The position numbers and the translations under genes were made by a program. This document shows, piece after piece, positions 1 through 11,613 of a stretch of DNA of 33,965 nt (position 1 is its first letter; each line of letters starts with the position of its first letter). This DNA comes from Seison nebaliae (Eukaryota): assembly GCA_023231475.1 (NCBI GenBank), contig JALJEE010001270.1:1-33965 (forward strand), given 5' to 3'. The notes beneath the pieces are model-generated. The model ran no database searches. It saw only the letters and a program-made list of their open reading frames with translations, and had not been told where the DNA came from.

Positions 1-457
1 AATAGAAAAAGGCCAAAATTCTGGTGTAATACTTCGACTAAGGATAAAAAAATTTACACATCTCTTTAGGTTTATTTTTCCTATCTCCATGATTTTTTTG
101 GAGTCAAACGGCGGATGCGAACGCGTACCATTCCCTTGTAAATAAATCATCCGAATATTAGGTCTGTCTTTTCTTTTTATTTAATTTGGTTAACATATAT
201 ATATATATATATATATACGAAACGTTTTACGGGATTGAAGAAGAGAAATAGAGTTTCCGGACAAGGATATACGTTGAAACATAAATTCTCCCATATTGTT
301 TAGTGAGGGAAATCAGGAAACAATTGAGTGAATGAACGAGGAATAAGATGCTTTGAAATGAACGAATATAGTCCACCCGAAGGTAGACCAGGCCCATTAT
401 CAGAATGAAGAAGATCAGAAGATGTATTATTGAAGATGTGATCGGTGGATTAGACAT
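1..457 (-). CDS. Possible 5' end of an unidentified gene with a hydrophobic N-terminus, running off the window start
   Basis: ORF 457-227 begins with a TM-like stretch and ends at CC|GTAAAA (donor at 230). Phase-compatible AG acceptors at 173 or 164 join it to a stop-free frame continuing to base 1 (PNIRMIYLQGNGTRSHPPFDSKK...). The acceptors lack a pyrimidine tract and I recognise no family. Confidence 0.25.
195..217. repeat. (AT)n microsatellite
   Basis: About 11 uninterrupted AT units. Confidence 0.95.
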
Positions 458-2076
458 CGATTAATTCTAATCAACAATAAGAAATAGATAAGAAGATCGT
501 TTAGACATAAGATAAATATTGTCATTGATATATATAATTAAAAAAAAACGTAACTCGACTAATCGAAACAGTGAAGACCTACTGTTCGTTATCAGAATAT
601 AATTCTTTTATTTCACAATAAACTTACTTTTTCCATAATAGTTACATAACATTCAAATTTATACAGAGAACTTTTTTCAAATGATAATAACAACTCTAGC
701 AACATATTGAGTTATTACACGTAATATTTTCTTATAAAAATAAATTCTTCATATTTTCTAACGAGGACAACAAACATCGTTGACAATGTTATCATTCCAT
801 TCGAACGGAAATGTCAAATCAATTGGCAAAACATCACGTTCGTCAGATTATGAACAATGTGTATTAAAGTTCATCGATTGTTTCATTTTACTCATTTTCT
901 TCTTTTTATTTTTGTCCTACTCAAATTTTTGAATTAAGGAATTGTCTGGAAATTATGATTGACAAACAGAAAATCTTTCCTCAAAAACATTTTTTTTTTA
1001 CCGTATAACTTAAATATTCTGTGTCAGCCAAATGTTCGATTTCTTTTCGATTATGTACTGAACTCTTTCATTGTTGAACTGAATCAAAATTGTTGTTTCC
1101 AAGACTCTCATGGATGTTATAGTCTTTGTCTGAATTTAACGAATATGTCGCGATTAAAATGAGAAGTTGCATTCGTACATTCAAGAAATTTTTAAAATCT
1201 GTGCTAAAAGCTTAGATGTTTTCCTAAGAATTTCGAATTTCGTCGAAATGGAAGTTTATAAATTAAGCGAAATAGTTTTTGTCGTGATTAGACAAACCAG
1301 CAGATGTTCGGAGGAGTAGAAGAGAAGAAAACAGTTTAAGAAATATATCGTCTGTTATCCGTCAAAGTAAAATACTTCTTATTATCCATCCGACCCCACA
1401 ATAAACAAACTTTAGACGAAAAATTATGCAATATCCGAGAGAATCTTTGATTACGATTTAATACCATATTACATACGATGTATATCTCTAAAGTAATCGT
1501 AATTCAATTAATTTGTTGGTAGACAAATACTACCCAGCATTATTGAAACTTATGTCACGCTCTAATGTCATGTTTATCATTAGTTCACTTTATATTTCGA
1601 ATTTTAATATTTAGACTTTGTTTTCTTTCTTCAGTGGTTTCTTATTTTCAATAATTCAGTTATTTCAATATTATATTCATATATATAGTTATAGTGGTCT
1701 GTTATAGATTGGAAATGAGAAGTATAAATGTTTAATTTTATTAAGGAAATGTCAAATTCGTTCCACTGGTGGACAATAGATACAAATAGATGTTAATATA
1801 AATATACGGTGAAGAAAGAATTTTGAATAATTTTTTTTTAAATGGCTAGAACAAATTATTGAGATTATATATTATAAACAAGAGAATATAAACAATCTCC
1901 AATAAGGTAATATCAAATCAATCTAATTTTCTAAAGAGATGACTCCTTCATGGTGTGTAATGTGATGATAACTCACCGGAATTATTCGAAATATCAAAAT
2001 TCATTTTTTGAAAAAAGGAAAATTGGGAACAGCTTCATATTTAGCACTCGGGACGAGATTGCCAATTGATAATATG

Positions 2077-5034
2077 TCATGATTGAATAATAGTAGACAA
2101 CCGTCGACGACTATACCGAGTATTAGACAATGAGTGTAATCGACGAACAGTTGAAGCCGAACTGGGTAGAAGTAAATTCCGCTGTTCCCTTTCGAATTCG
2201 TTGGGATGCATTTTAGATTCTTCCAATCTTTGAAGATCTTTGTCATTTTTGTCCAGGTTATTTGAAAGATCACTATGTTTGCGATGATGAAATTGAAATA
2301 ATTGTAAATTGAGATTATGTAAATTCCAATTAGGCGACTTAGTTTCATCATCTCTAATTAATGAATGGGCCGTAACAGATTTGGATGGGAGACTTTTCAT
2401 CTTCTTTCTATTAACATTGTAACGATAGAGAGCCGCCAATGCTGATAATGGTAAGGGATAACATTTCAAGTTTATTTGAGAGGCACTTGAGTTCACATGA
2501 TTTATTTTTTGTCTTTGAGTATGAAAAGAATGACTATACGGTCGTCGACGTAGTTTCTGGTTGTTTTGCGAGTGGACGGAATTATCGATGGATGATGATT
2601 TGTGATAAGTGATCTGATGCAAACTAAAATCGTTTGTTGACGAACGCCATAATGTTCGTTGTCGCCGATATCGAAGAACGTTATAAAGAATGGGGAAAAA
2701 AAGAAAAGAAGATTTTGTCGATTGTGGAATTGTTTCTAACAAACTCATTTTCGGTTTTTTTCCATTTATCTGATCTCTTTCATGACGATGCCGATCTCGG
2801 AAATTATTTCTACCATCGAATTTCTCTTCATCTTTCTCAATTTTCATGGGAGCTTTGGGAATGATGTTGATGTTATTGTTGTTGATAGTTAATCGATATT
2901 TCTTCGATTGTTCATGTTTTATTTGTTGATGTCTTAAACGTTGATGATAATAGAATTGAGAGTCGGGATGATTATTTCTGTTAAAGGAGCAAATGCGTTG
3001 GAAAATTGAAGGATTCCTTTTTGATGAACATTGTAATTCTTTGATCATTCGTTTCTTCTGTCTCCAAATACAAAAATGGCAAAGTATTTTTAGAAACGTC
3101 TTTCGATAATCTTTGGAAGAGAAAGCGTATATGAAAGTATTCATGCACGAATTAACATGACCCAACCACGTCAAAATATTGATAATGATCGGATGAACGT
3201 CAATGAAGGTGGAGACAATGTTCAAGATGAAGAATGGTAACCAACAAATAATAAATATTCCCATCACAATACCAAGTGTCTTGGCAGCTTTCTGTTCTTT
3301 CGATAATTTTACTAATCGTTTAGTAAGCGTCTGATTCGCTTCCGTTTCCGATGTGAGAGATGCGAAATAAGCCGAACTGAATATCAAGTTCTTTGAACGA
3401 AGTCGTTTCAACATTAAGATCCTTTCTAATGTGTCTGAACGAAAGTTCCATTTACGTTTCGTTTGGTTTGTTTTTAATCGATTGTTCCTTTCATTCGCAA
3501 ACGAATGCGAATTATTCCCAAGAAACACACAATCTTCTTCTTCATTCTTCTTTGAATGTGAATTATGTTGCATTCGATGATGCATATCCTCAAACGATCG
3601 ATAACGACGCAATTTCGGTAAGTATAAACGTTCCTCTTCCAAATGTTGTCTCGTTTGCTCTTTTTCGATTGATGGCATCGTATATTTCTCTCTAAGATTT
3701 ATGGCATGAATTGAAGCACGACGTAATAAAGGATCGGTGATCTTTTCATTAATCAATCGTGTCGAACTACTAAGAATATTCTTACGATGAAGTAATTTAA
3801 TAATTGTCGATTGTCTTCGATGTTTAGACGAACGATTCACTAAGAACAACGGCGATTGCATCGATGTTGTTTTGACTGTGGTCGAATGACTGTCATTATG
3901 ACCATTTGATGTTTGCGTTCCGATACCGGCCGAATTATATTTTCCTCGATGAATTCTCAAGACAATTTGATGCGTCACTTTCGGTGTGGAGTTGCAATGA
4001 TTTACATGTGGCTGATGAGTTAATTGACGGAATCGTTTCGTTACTGAATGGAGTAGTTTAGGTGAAGACTTGGGGACATAGGTATGGAAACTGTTTTTAT
4101 TCTTCCCATAAGAATTATTAGAATAATACGAATTCTCTTTTTTCTGATGATTTCTTCCATGGAAATGTTCATTTAGATTTTTCCTTTTGTAACGTTTATC
4201 ATCGTCCACCACAAATTCCTTATCCGTTTCACATGTCACAATGCCACCACGACGTACACATAGGATTTGATGTCTTGCAGCAACAAAAACACGCCAATAT
4301 AAGAATAACATGACCATTAATGGAATATAAAAGCTGATGAGTGACGACATGATGATATAGAAACGACTAGGAGAGAATTCACAAATTCGATCATCATTCG
4401 TGTGATTAATGGAACTTAATGTTGTATTGTGAATCATGAAGATTTGTGTGATGGATTTGTACGTGTTGGAATCGGTGGGGAAACAAAGAACAGGAACGGA
4501 TATCAAAGAACTCGCCAACCAAACGAGAATGATTAATGTTAAACATCTCGTTTTCGTCATTATCAGAGGATAAGTTATCGGATTTGTGATTGCCCAATAA
4601 CGATCGAGAGCTATAACGCATAGATCTAAGATAGATGCCGTGCTGGCGAAAACATCGGCACTTCTCCACACGCAGCACCACCCACGTCCGAAAAGCCATT
4701 GGTGATGTCCATAAAATTCGAATATCCAATTCAACGGCATCACAAAAACACCGACGATTAGATCAGCGGTGGCTAGTGACATAATAAATAATCCAGCACT
4801 TGCTCGTAGACTCTTCTCATAGAGCACCGATATGATTACTAGAAGATTTCCTGCAATCGTTATGATAATAATGAATGCTAGAATTGCTCCAATGATACTA
4901 CGAATGGCTATGTCGCTCACCGAGTAAGTCGAATTGGATGCAATCGAATTTGATATAAGGAAACGTGATTTAATATTGATCGATTGTTGATTATCTATAG
5001 TCATACGCATCGGTAATGGTTCCAGCGTCATCAT
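2077..5034 (-). CDS. Dop1R2: Class A biogenic-amine GPCR, invertebrate-type dopamine receptor (Dop1R2/DAMB/INDR-like), single exon, 985 aa
   Basis: Seven hydrophobic segments with GNLLV (TM1), SLATADL (TM2), D3.32 in ADVFASTASIL, LDRYWAITNP, TM5 SSLISFYIP carrying the catechol-binding serines, LRIHRG in ICL3, KEQKAAKTLGIVMGIFIICWLPFF (TM6) and WLGHVNSCMNTFIY (TM7). DRYWAIT, LRIHRG and KAAKTLGIVMG match the Dop1R2 clade as I recall it. An in-frame TGA directly precedes the ATG. Confidence 0.85.
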   Translation of the reverse strand: MMTLEPLPMRMTIDNQQSINIKSRFLISNSIASNSTYSVSDIAIRSIIGAILAFIIIITIAGNLLVIISVLYEKSLRASAGLFIMSLATADLIVGVFVMPLNWIFEFYGHHQWLFGRGWCCVWRSADVFASTASILDLCVIALDRYWAITNPITYPLIMTKTRCLTLIILVWLASSLISVPVLCFPTDSNTYKSITQIFMIHNTTLSSINHTNDDRICEFSPSRFYIIMSSLISFYIPLMVMLFLYWRVFVAARHQILCVRRGGIVTCETDKEFVVDDDKRYKRKNLNEHFHGRNHQKKENSYYSNNSYGKNKNSFHTYVPKSSPKLLHSVTKRFRQLTHQPHVNHCNSTPKVTHQIVLRIHRGKYNSAGIGTQTSNGHNDSHSTTVKTTSMQSPLFLVNRSSKHRRQSTIIKLLHRKNILSSSTRLINEKITDPLLRRASIHAINLREKYTMPSIEKEQTRQHLEEERLYLPKLRRYRSFEDMHHRMQHNSHSKKNEEEDCVFLGNNSHSFANERNNRLKTNQTKRKWNFRSDTLERILMLKRLRSKNLIFSSAYFASLTSETEANQTLTKRLVKLSKEQKAAKTLGIVMGIFIICWLPFFILNIVSTFIDVHPIIINILTWLGHVNSCMNTFIYAFSSKDYRKTFLKILCHFCIWRQKKRMIKELQCSSKRNPSIFQRICSFNRNNHPDSQFYYHQRLRHQQIKHEQSKKYRLTINNNNINIIPKAPMKIEKDEEKFDGRNNFRDRHRHERDQINGKKPKMSLLETIPQSTKSSFLFFPILYNVLRYRRQRTLWRSSTNDFSLHQITYHKSSSIDNSVHSQNNQKLRRRPYSHSFHTQRQKINHVNSSASQINLKCYPLPLSALAALYRYNVNRKKMKSLPSKSVTAHSLIRDDETKSPNWNLHNLNLQLFQFHHRKHSDLSNNLDKNDKDLQRLEESKMHPNEFEREQRNLLLPSSASTVRRLHSLSNTRYSRRRLSTIIQS

Positions 5035-5227
5035 TCATATTTGTTACAGCAGACGATAGATCATGATGATGGTGAGGAATGATAATGAATGGACATCTAT
5101 TTAGATTGGAATAAACAATTTAATGAATAATCATCAGTCTATCATCAAAACTTTTCAAGTAACATATCTCAAATATAATTAACTATTGTGTGAAAAATAT
5201 TGGAGAAAATGTATAATAGAAATGTTT

Positions 5228-5458
5228 AGGAAAGCGACATTTGGTAGACGAACTATATGGTACACGGGACTATTTGGTAGACCGACCGTTTGGTAGACTC
5301 AGTATACAAAATACAGTTATGTATTTGATACGGAGACGTATCAAATTGATTCAAACACGATTAGGTAAAAGACACAAAGAAACTCGCAACTACAACTTGA
5401 CGAGTTTACCAAAAGGTCGGTCTACCTAATGACCGGTCTACCCAAATGTCCTAGACTC
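5228..5458. mobile_element. Non-autonomous foldback/Mutator-like MITE, 231 bp
   Basis: Left arm gacatttggtagac...tttggtagaccgaccgtttggtagactc (5236-5300) is the inverse of right arm gagtttaccaaaaggtcggtctacc...ggtctacccaaatgtc (5402-5450). The arms are built of tandem tggtagac units. Flanking 9-bp near-direct repeats gaaatgttt (5219-5227) and gaaacgttt (5459-5467) each lie 8 nt outside the gacat core. Confidence 0.75.
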
Positions 5459-8400
5459 GAAACGTTTGAGTGCGGAAAATAGGTTTTTTATTCAAATTAA
5501 CTTCTCTTATCAGCCTTATGGAGCTATCAACTATACGGGAACTGGTTTGAACTGTACCCGAAGATTACGATTATGTTGGAGAAAGAAGTGGAGAAAGAAT
5601 TTAGAGAAGGTGAGAATTGTTGTTGTAGAAGTGTCTGAGAAACTAATGATTATTTTTTGGAGTTCAATCGATATCCTAACATAGAATATTCGTTAGTAAT
5701 GAGTAAATTCCCCGATAATTAATAGTTGTACATATGTATATCTATCTACTACGTAACAATTAATGATGTCAGGAAAACAGTTAGGTTAATTTATATTTAC
5801 TTCTTTTAATTAGATCTACTTATGTTAGGTTCGCTACTTACCTATGCATTGAAGTTAAAAATTAATTTATTCTGCTAACAATACACAAGAAGTCTACTAA
5901 ATCAATAGCCTATTGACAATAGGTGTTATTTGCATTTCATCAATCCAAACGTATTCGTTTATGCAGTCAACGAATTGTCGGGAAGTGTAATATCTGTAAA
6001 GTGTCTACGGAATGAGGAAATAAATGAGCAGATACTGGACTCATAATGTTGAGTAGATAATCGAAATTGATACCATCTAAATAACTATATATGATCAACA
6101 ATATAACTATTAGAGGAACCATCTAATTTTCTCTTAAATTCTTTCATTCGTTCATCTATGCTGAGTATTGTCGATAAGATTTGAATTGCACTTCCCCATC
6201 AATCCCATTTACATGAGACAGATTATCGTTAAACTATAATTGTTGATGCATTCGTATCGCATACACGACTCCGCACAATGTAACCCGATCGAATTATGCC
6301 GATCACACCCAACCACTGATGATACTAGGGATATGGTTGAAACGGATTATCGAAGTAGAAATGAAATGGAGAGGAGAAAGATGTTTGCTTAAATGATACA
6401 GAAAGCGCCAGTAAACAAAATGCAAATGGACAGCAGTAAATGATAATGCTCTTTATATCGACTCGACGAGGATAAGAGTAAGAGATTTATGAACCATTAT
6501 TGAGATATTACTTCCATTCGATATGAGTTCGTCCAATTTCCTTTGAGTGATACTTTGAAAATGTGTGAAGAAATGCGATGTAGTAGAATAATGATAGAAG
6601 GAAGACGTCGATTCTGTTGAGACGCAAGTAATATTACGAAAAATAAATGTACAAACGTTATACGATCAGTATAAACTTATTTCGTCCTTCATTCCTCTCA
6701 ATTATCTAAACAATATCTCCACCAACGTCAATTTCTTCCTCCTTCTCACCAACGAGTTCGATATGAGAAAATGTCCAATTCATTTTCAGTCATCTTATTC
6801 GATGGATGGGAGAAGGTATGAGGCAGCTTAAGAGAAAATATTGAATTTCACTAAGAAACCGACTTAACAGCTACGCTTCAATGTGCAAGTGACAATAATT
6901 TGAGATTGAGCTAAACCTGTCAAGAAATACCAACTAATTGAAGACTGTCCAGGTAGAAGTTTGGTCCATTAACCTATATTTCCGTAAAAGATCATGACAT
7001 CTTTGCTATCACTGATCATTCGTCTCCTTCTCCCTTTTCCCTATATCATAAAATCACCAAATTATTGACCAGTCTCCCATCCTTCGCACTGCCTTCCTAA
7101 TTCTACTGTTTTCTTCTTTTGTTCTTTTATTCCAACACAATCTGGAGTAGCTGAATGAATGATTGAAATCTTGCGCATTATTATCTAACAATTTCAACAG
7201 GAATCGCTAGACGGATTGCTAAATGTAGATGACAAAAATTATCAACATAACTGCCCTGTAGACATTCCGATTAACTGTACTTACGAACCTGCTATCATTT
7301 CAATTTTATTACGTTTAGCATATTATTAGAGCTCGCTAATAACAGAATAAGCGACCTTTACCTAAATCTCTATCTAAGATTAACTAATTATAAACATGAA
7401 ACGGATGAGAAAAACTTCCTTCGCGCATCGGAAACAGTTAAAAATTTCTTATTCTTTCTATTAATTACTTCCCTCACCTATTTGCATTTTTAAAAAGAAG
7501 GAAAAATGTTGAAATGATTACGTTATTCTCATCGAATTCCAGTTCTCATACATAAATTTCTACAAAAATCAATTGATGTGTAGAACATGGAGAATTGGGA
7601 AATTGTTCAAAAAGTTTCTTTTAAACTATTGCCATTACTTGAGAAAAAAAATGTCGTTTGGCATGAATAAGAAGAGAGTAAGTGGAGAAATAAGAATTGG
7701 TAAATTCGTTTTATTTGCGAATTTAGTCATATTTCTGATCCAAACTAATCCCACGGGAGTAAATTTAACAAAAATTTTTAACAGTTTCACTTCTACACTT
7801 AATTTTCTCGGTTGAAAACATTTATTCATTTCCATTCATTTCCTATCAAAATGATTACTGTATTATTAGAAGAAATGGAAATAACACCGAAAAAGTTAGA
7901 AAGCAAATTATGTTTTAAGTGGTAACGTAGTTATTAAAAAGGTCATATTGAAAGTAACATGTGTAATATCATTTCTCGATCATTACTCTCTTCTTGACAA
8001 CGGAAAAAATAATTCGTTAATTCCATAAATTCTTCATATAAATATTCGATTTTCATAATAATTGGAAATGAGAAAAGAATTACATCCAACTATTTCTCTC
8101 GTTTGAAAAAAAGAAGAATCGAAAAAATTTTCCTTGGGAACAAATTTAATTTGAATTTTCTGTTAAGATTGGCACATGATGCAAAGACCATTAATATATT
8201 ATCTTCCTTTATTAATATCAGCATAGAATGATTTCCATTTTCGTCTACTACTAATTAAATATATTAATAACCTTAACACTTTCGATTTCCGACCTGACTA
8301 TTGGATGTAACTACGAAATGGTAATATACCGTTTTCACATCTTTCCCTTCCAAATTTAACAATAATATTTTTCAACTAACTCTTATAATGATATAATATT

Positions 8401-10777
8401 CTCAATTGAACAAGTGAAAGAGGCAAGTTCTGAACTAGTCTTTACTCACTACCTAGCGCTGACGATATAAAGTGGCAAATGAAATCGCGAACGAATTGAA
8501 TCCATCCTATATACACTATGTATTACACTATATAGAGTAAGTACCCTCGACTATAGCATCACTAAAGATTTATCATTCTGTCATCAAATTCTTAATTATC
8601 CACGTTGATACCACCAGCCAGATCTGTGAAGTTATGTTCAGAGACTAATAATCTATTTTCTGACAAATATAAGGGAAATTGTAAGAATTGAGTGCATAAA
8701 AAATGAAAAAAATTCGAAGAGCAAATTTTTTTTGTTATTTCAAATCGGAAAATTTCCTAAACATATTTTCAGTCTAACAGAAGAGAAGATTTCGTTTGTT
8801 GAGGGAATGTTGGGAAGAAATTTATTTACAATTTGCTTTCTTATTCACAATATCTTATTTTTTCGTTATTGAATGACGATTATTTAAACATGAATAAGAT
8901 ATGCTTATTTATGAATAAGAATAAATACAGATCTCTTTTTCTCGGGTAAACTAATATGATATGAATAAATATTTGACTCACATAATAACAATCATCATAA
9001 AAATTAAACTATAACTTAACATATAAACAATCTCTTTTGTTCATTTGAAACGATCGTAATTGATTTCTAAAAATCAATCCCACAATTCTCTGATTAGAAT
9101 GCAAAGGAAGAATTTTCAAAAAGTTGCGTATGACATTACTTCGAAAACTACCAGTAACTGGTAAATCGATACTTTTCCATAAATGTTGATCATTCGAACT
9201 TGTCGGTAAATATATTGATATAAAGAAATAATAATAATAATAATGATTTCTAAAAACTTTCTGAAAAGACCAACGATTAGACATATGATATTTCCATAAA
9301 AATTTTTTTGGGACAAATTGGTTGCATTAAGTAACCGTTGGGTGGAAAATGAGGAACGATTGACAACAAATATTTTAGGGAGAAAGAAATAGTAAATAGG
9401 TTGTATTAAGGAAATAATATAGTATAACGTTGTAAATTGGTGTGGAGATTATGTAGAAGGAGAAAGAAAGATTATGTTACAAAATTTCTTGGGTAAACTA
9501 GAAGATTAACTGTTGGAGGAAAGGTCTCTCGTTGTATGGTAAGGATTCTCATGGAGAGATTAATAGATAATTTTAATGTGTTAGAGAATATTCGATCGCA
9601 CTTTCCATCAGCCATTTGACATAGAAGAAGAGTATCGTTAAACCTAAAAGGTTCTTTTGCGAAGAAAATACATTCCTTGAATTTTAACACGGCACTCACT
9701 CACTTTGTTTCACTCACATAATAAGGTAATCTGTTTTATCCAGTATAGTATTTTTGGAAACAAATTAATATCGATTTGACGGAATTATTGAATCATTTAT
9801 GATAATACAGAAATTAATAGAACTTTTCCTGAAAATTCATCTTCCAACTAAATTCCCATAGTTGATCGATAGAAAAATAAGGGGAAAATGGTAGAAAACG
9901 AGAAAAGGAATAGCGAAAGGAAATTTCTTTAATTTTCTCGATATAAATAATATCTCCACTTCCAATTAAGTTGTTGTTGAATAACTTAGGAAAAGTTTGC
10001 TATTTCGATGAATGATAAGATTAATGAAAGAAGTAAGTAGAAAAGCAAAGAAAGAATATTAAGAGAAAGAAACTTTCGCCAAAAATGTTTGTACTAGAAA
10101 TGTGTTAAAAGATTTCGTTTCAGACGTAGTGTAATTCAATAATTTTATTCATTTTCATTCATCTCAGTAACCTGATTATGGTCGATAGTAAGAGATTGGG
10201 CACGGTTCCAATTGCCACAATTCTCACGGCTCAAATTGAATTTTATTCGAATATTCCCTAACAAAATAAAATTATGGATTAATTGTCTCAATTCGACGTG
10301 AACGTTACGTAATTTTTTCGTGAGTTCATGAGAAGATATGGTCCATTATCTGATTAAAATGAAAAAGAATATAATTATCAGATAAACAACTGAATGAAAT
10401 GTTTTGTTAATCTTCTTCTCAATAAATATACATAATTATCGAACAGTTCCTACATTTGCAGACTTCGAATAAATGCATCTACTGTAATTTTTTTATATTT
10501 ATATATAATTTTTATTTTTCCATTTTGGTCGTCCCATAAGAAGCAAATGGAAATATCTAACAGACTATATGAAAACTTCACAAGTTAACTAATTATAAGA
10601 GTCAGAACTAAGCGAATAATAAATCGATGTATCATGCGAATAGTTTTTTCCACTCATTTTCATTAATTCTACTGGTGATGTCCAAATGATAACGATAAGA
10701 ACCTACTCCTCTTACCGTTTCCGTTTTTTGATAAAAAAGAAAGAAAAGGAGAACGATACAAGTAGTGTCCCACATAT

Positions 10778-11613
10778 GCGAATCCCAGAGAGGAATTCAC
10801 TCAAATATCGGAGCGGAATTCACTTCGCTATTCATCTTATAAAATAGTATTCGGAGGGGAATTCACATAACTTTGAGGTCTTCACCGTGGAATTCACTTA
10901 GTTTTAGGTTTTCGCAAAGAATTTCAACTTTCACCTCATATTTTTTTCATTCGAATTACTATTTCAAATCCAGCATGCAGATGAAGAAAAAACTATTCAA
11001 TTTGCAACTTCGTTTGGTTCCTGTCTCGTCAACTGCGCACTGTAATTGAAACACCAAATCGATCGGCCTCACTCCAATTGTTGGGAGATCCTTCGAATTA
11101 ATGGATGGTCTTGTTCGGTGATTGTGACTTCACCAAATCCATATAGATCAACATCATCTTCGAATTTCTATAGTTTTAAAACGGATATCCAAGGACCCCT
11201 CCCCACAAACAAAACTAGTTTTGTTTGTACAACAACAACACTGTGATATGGAAGCTTCCATATTACAATTGAAGAACAACAATTTTTAATGATTTTTGTT
11301 CCCAAATCGTTGTCTTCTGGTATCATTGATAATAAATCTTTTTTGACGCGGAAAGGAAAATGCCGACTAAAAAGAGACTTCTTCTCGGAAACAGAAACTC
11401 CACAATGACTTTCCAATCATCAGGACCTCATCAAAGATTCTTTCTGACTAAACAGAGTTAGTTCCTCTCCGAAACATCATAAAGAGGATGAGTTGTTCTG
11501 TGTACTAAAAAAAATGGATGAGTTCCACTCGGAAATTGAAAAAAATGAGCGAACTCCGAAACATTGATGGTGGGTGAGTTCCTCTATAAGGTGAGTTCCG
11601 CTCCTAGATTCTC
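10778..11613. mobile_element. Non-autonomous TIR element with inverted subterminal repeats, about 836 bp
   Basis: Left end gcgaatcccagagaggaattcac versus reverse complement of right end gagaatctaggagcggaactcac. ggaattcac occurs at 10792, 10815, 10858 and 10889; inverted (g)tgagttcc occurs near 11519, 11574 and 11591, with a variant near 11457. No convincing TSD and no intact transposase. Confidence 0.7.

Noticed and set aside
2001..4729. Short ORFs overlapping the GPCR (2001-2351, 2634-2864, 3393-3695, 4406-4729)
   Set aside because: Alternate-frame or antisense shadows of a long real CDS, with no recognisable motifs.
9009..9316. Minus-strand ORFs including NDQHLWKSIDL, reminiscent of the segment after an F-box
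   Set aside because: No F-box core or LRRs could be assembled; the frames are broken and low-complexity. At most a decayed fragment.
10792..10897. Spaced ggaattcac repeats as a CRISPR-like array
   Set aside because: The repeats are only 9-14 bp with irregular spacing, are mirrored at the other end of an element, and lie in a eukaryotic context with no cas genes.
11168..11416. RHFP and Cys-rich translation suggesting a piggyBac C-terminal cysteine-rich domain
   Set aside because: The cysteines come from a tgt repeat and palindromic DNA, the spacing is incomplete, and the element lacks TTAA/CCC ends.
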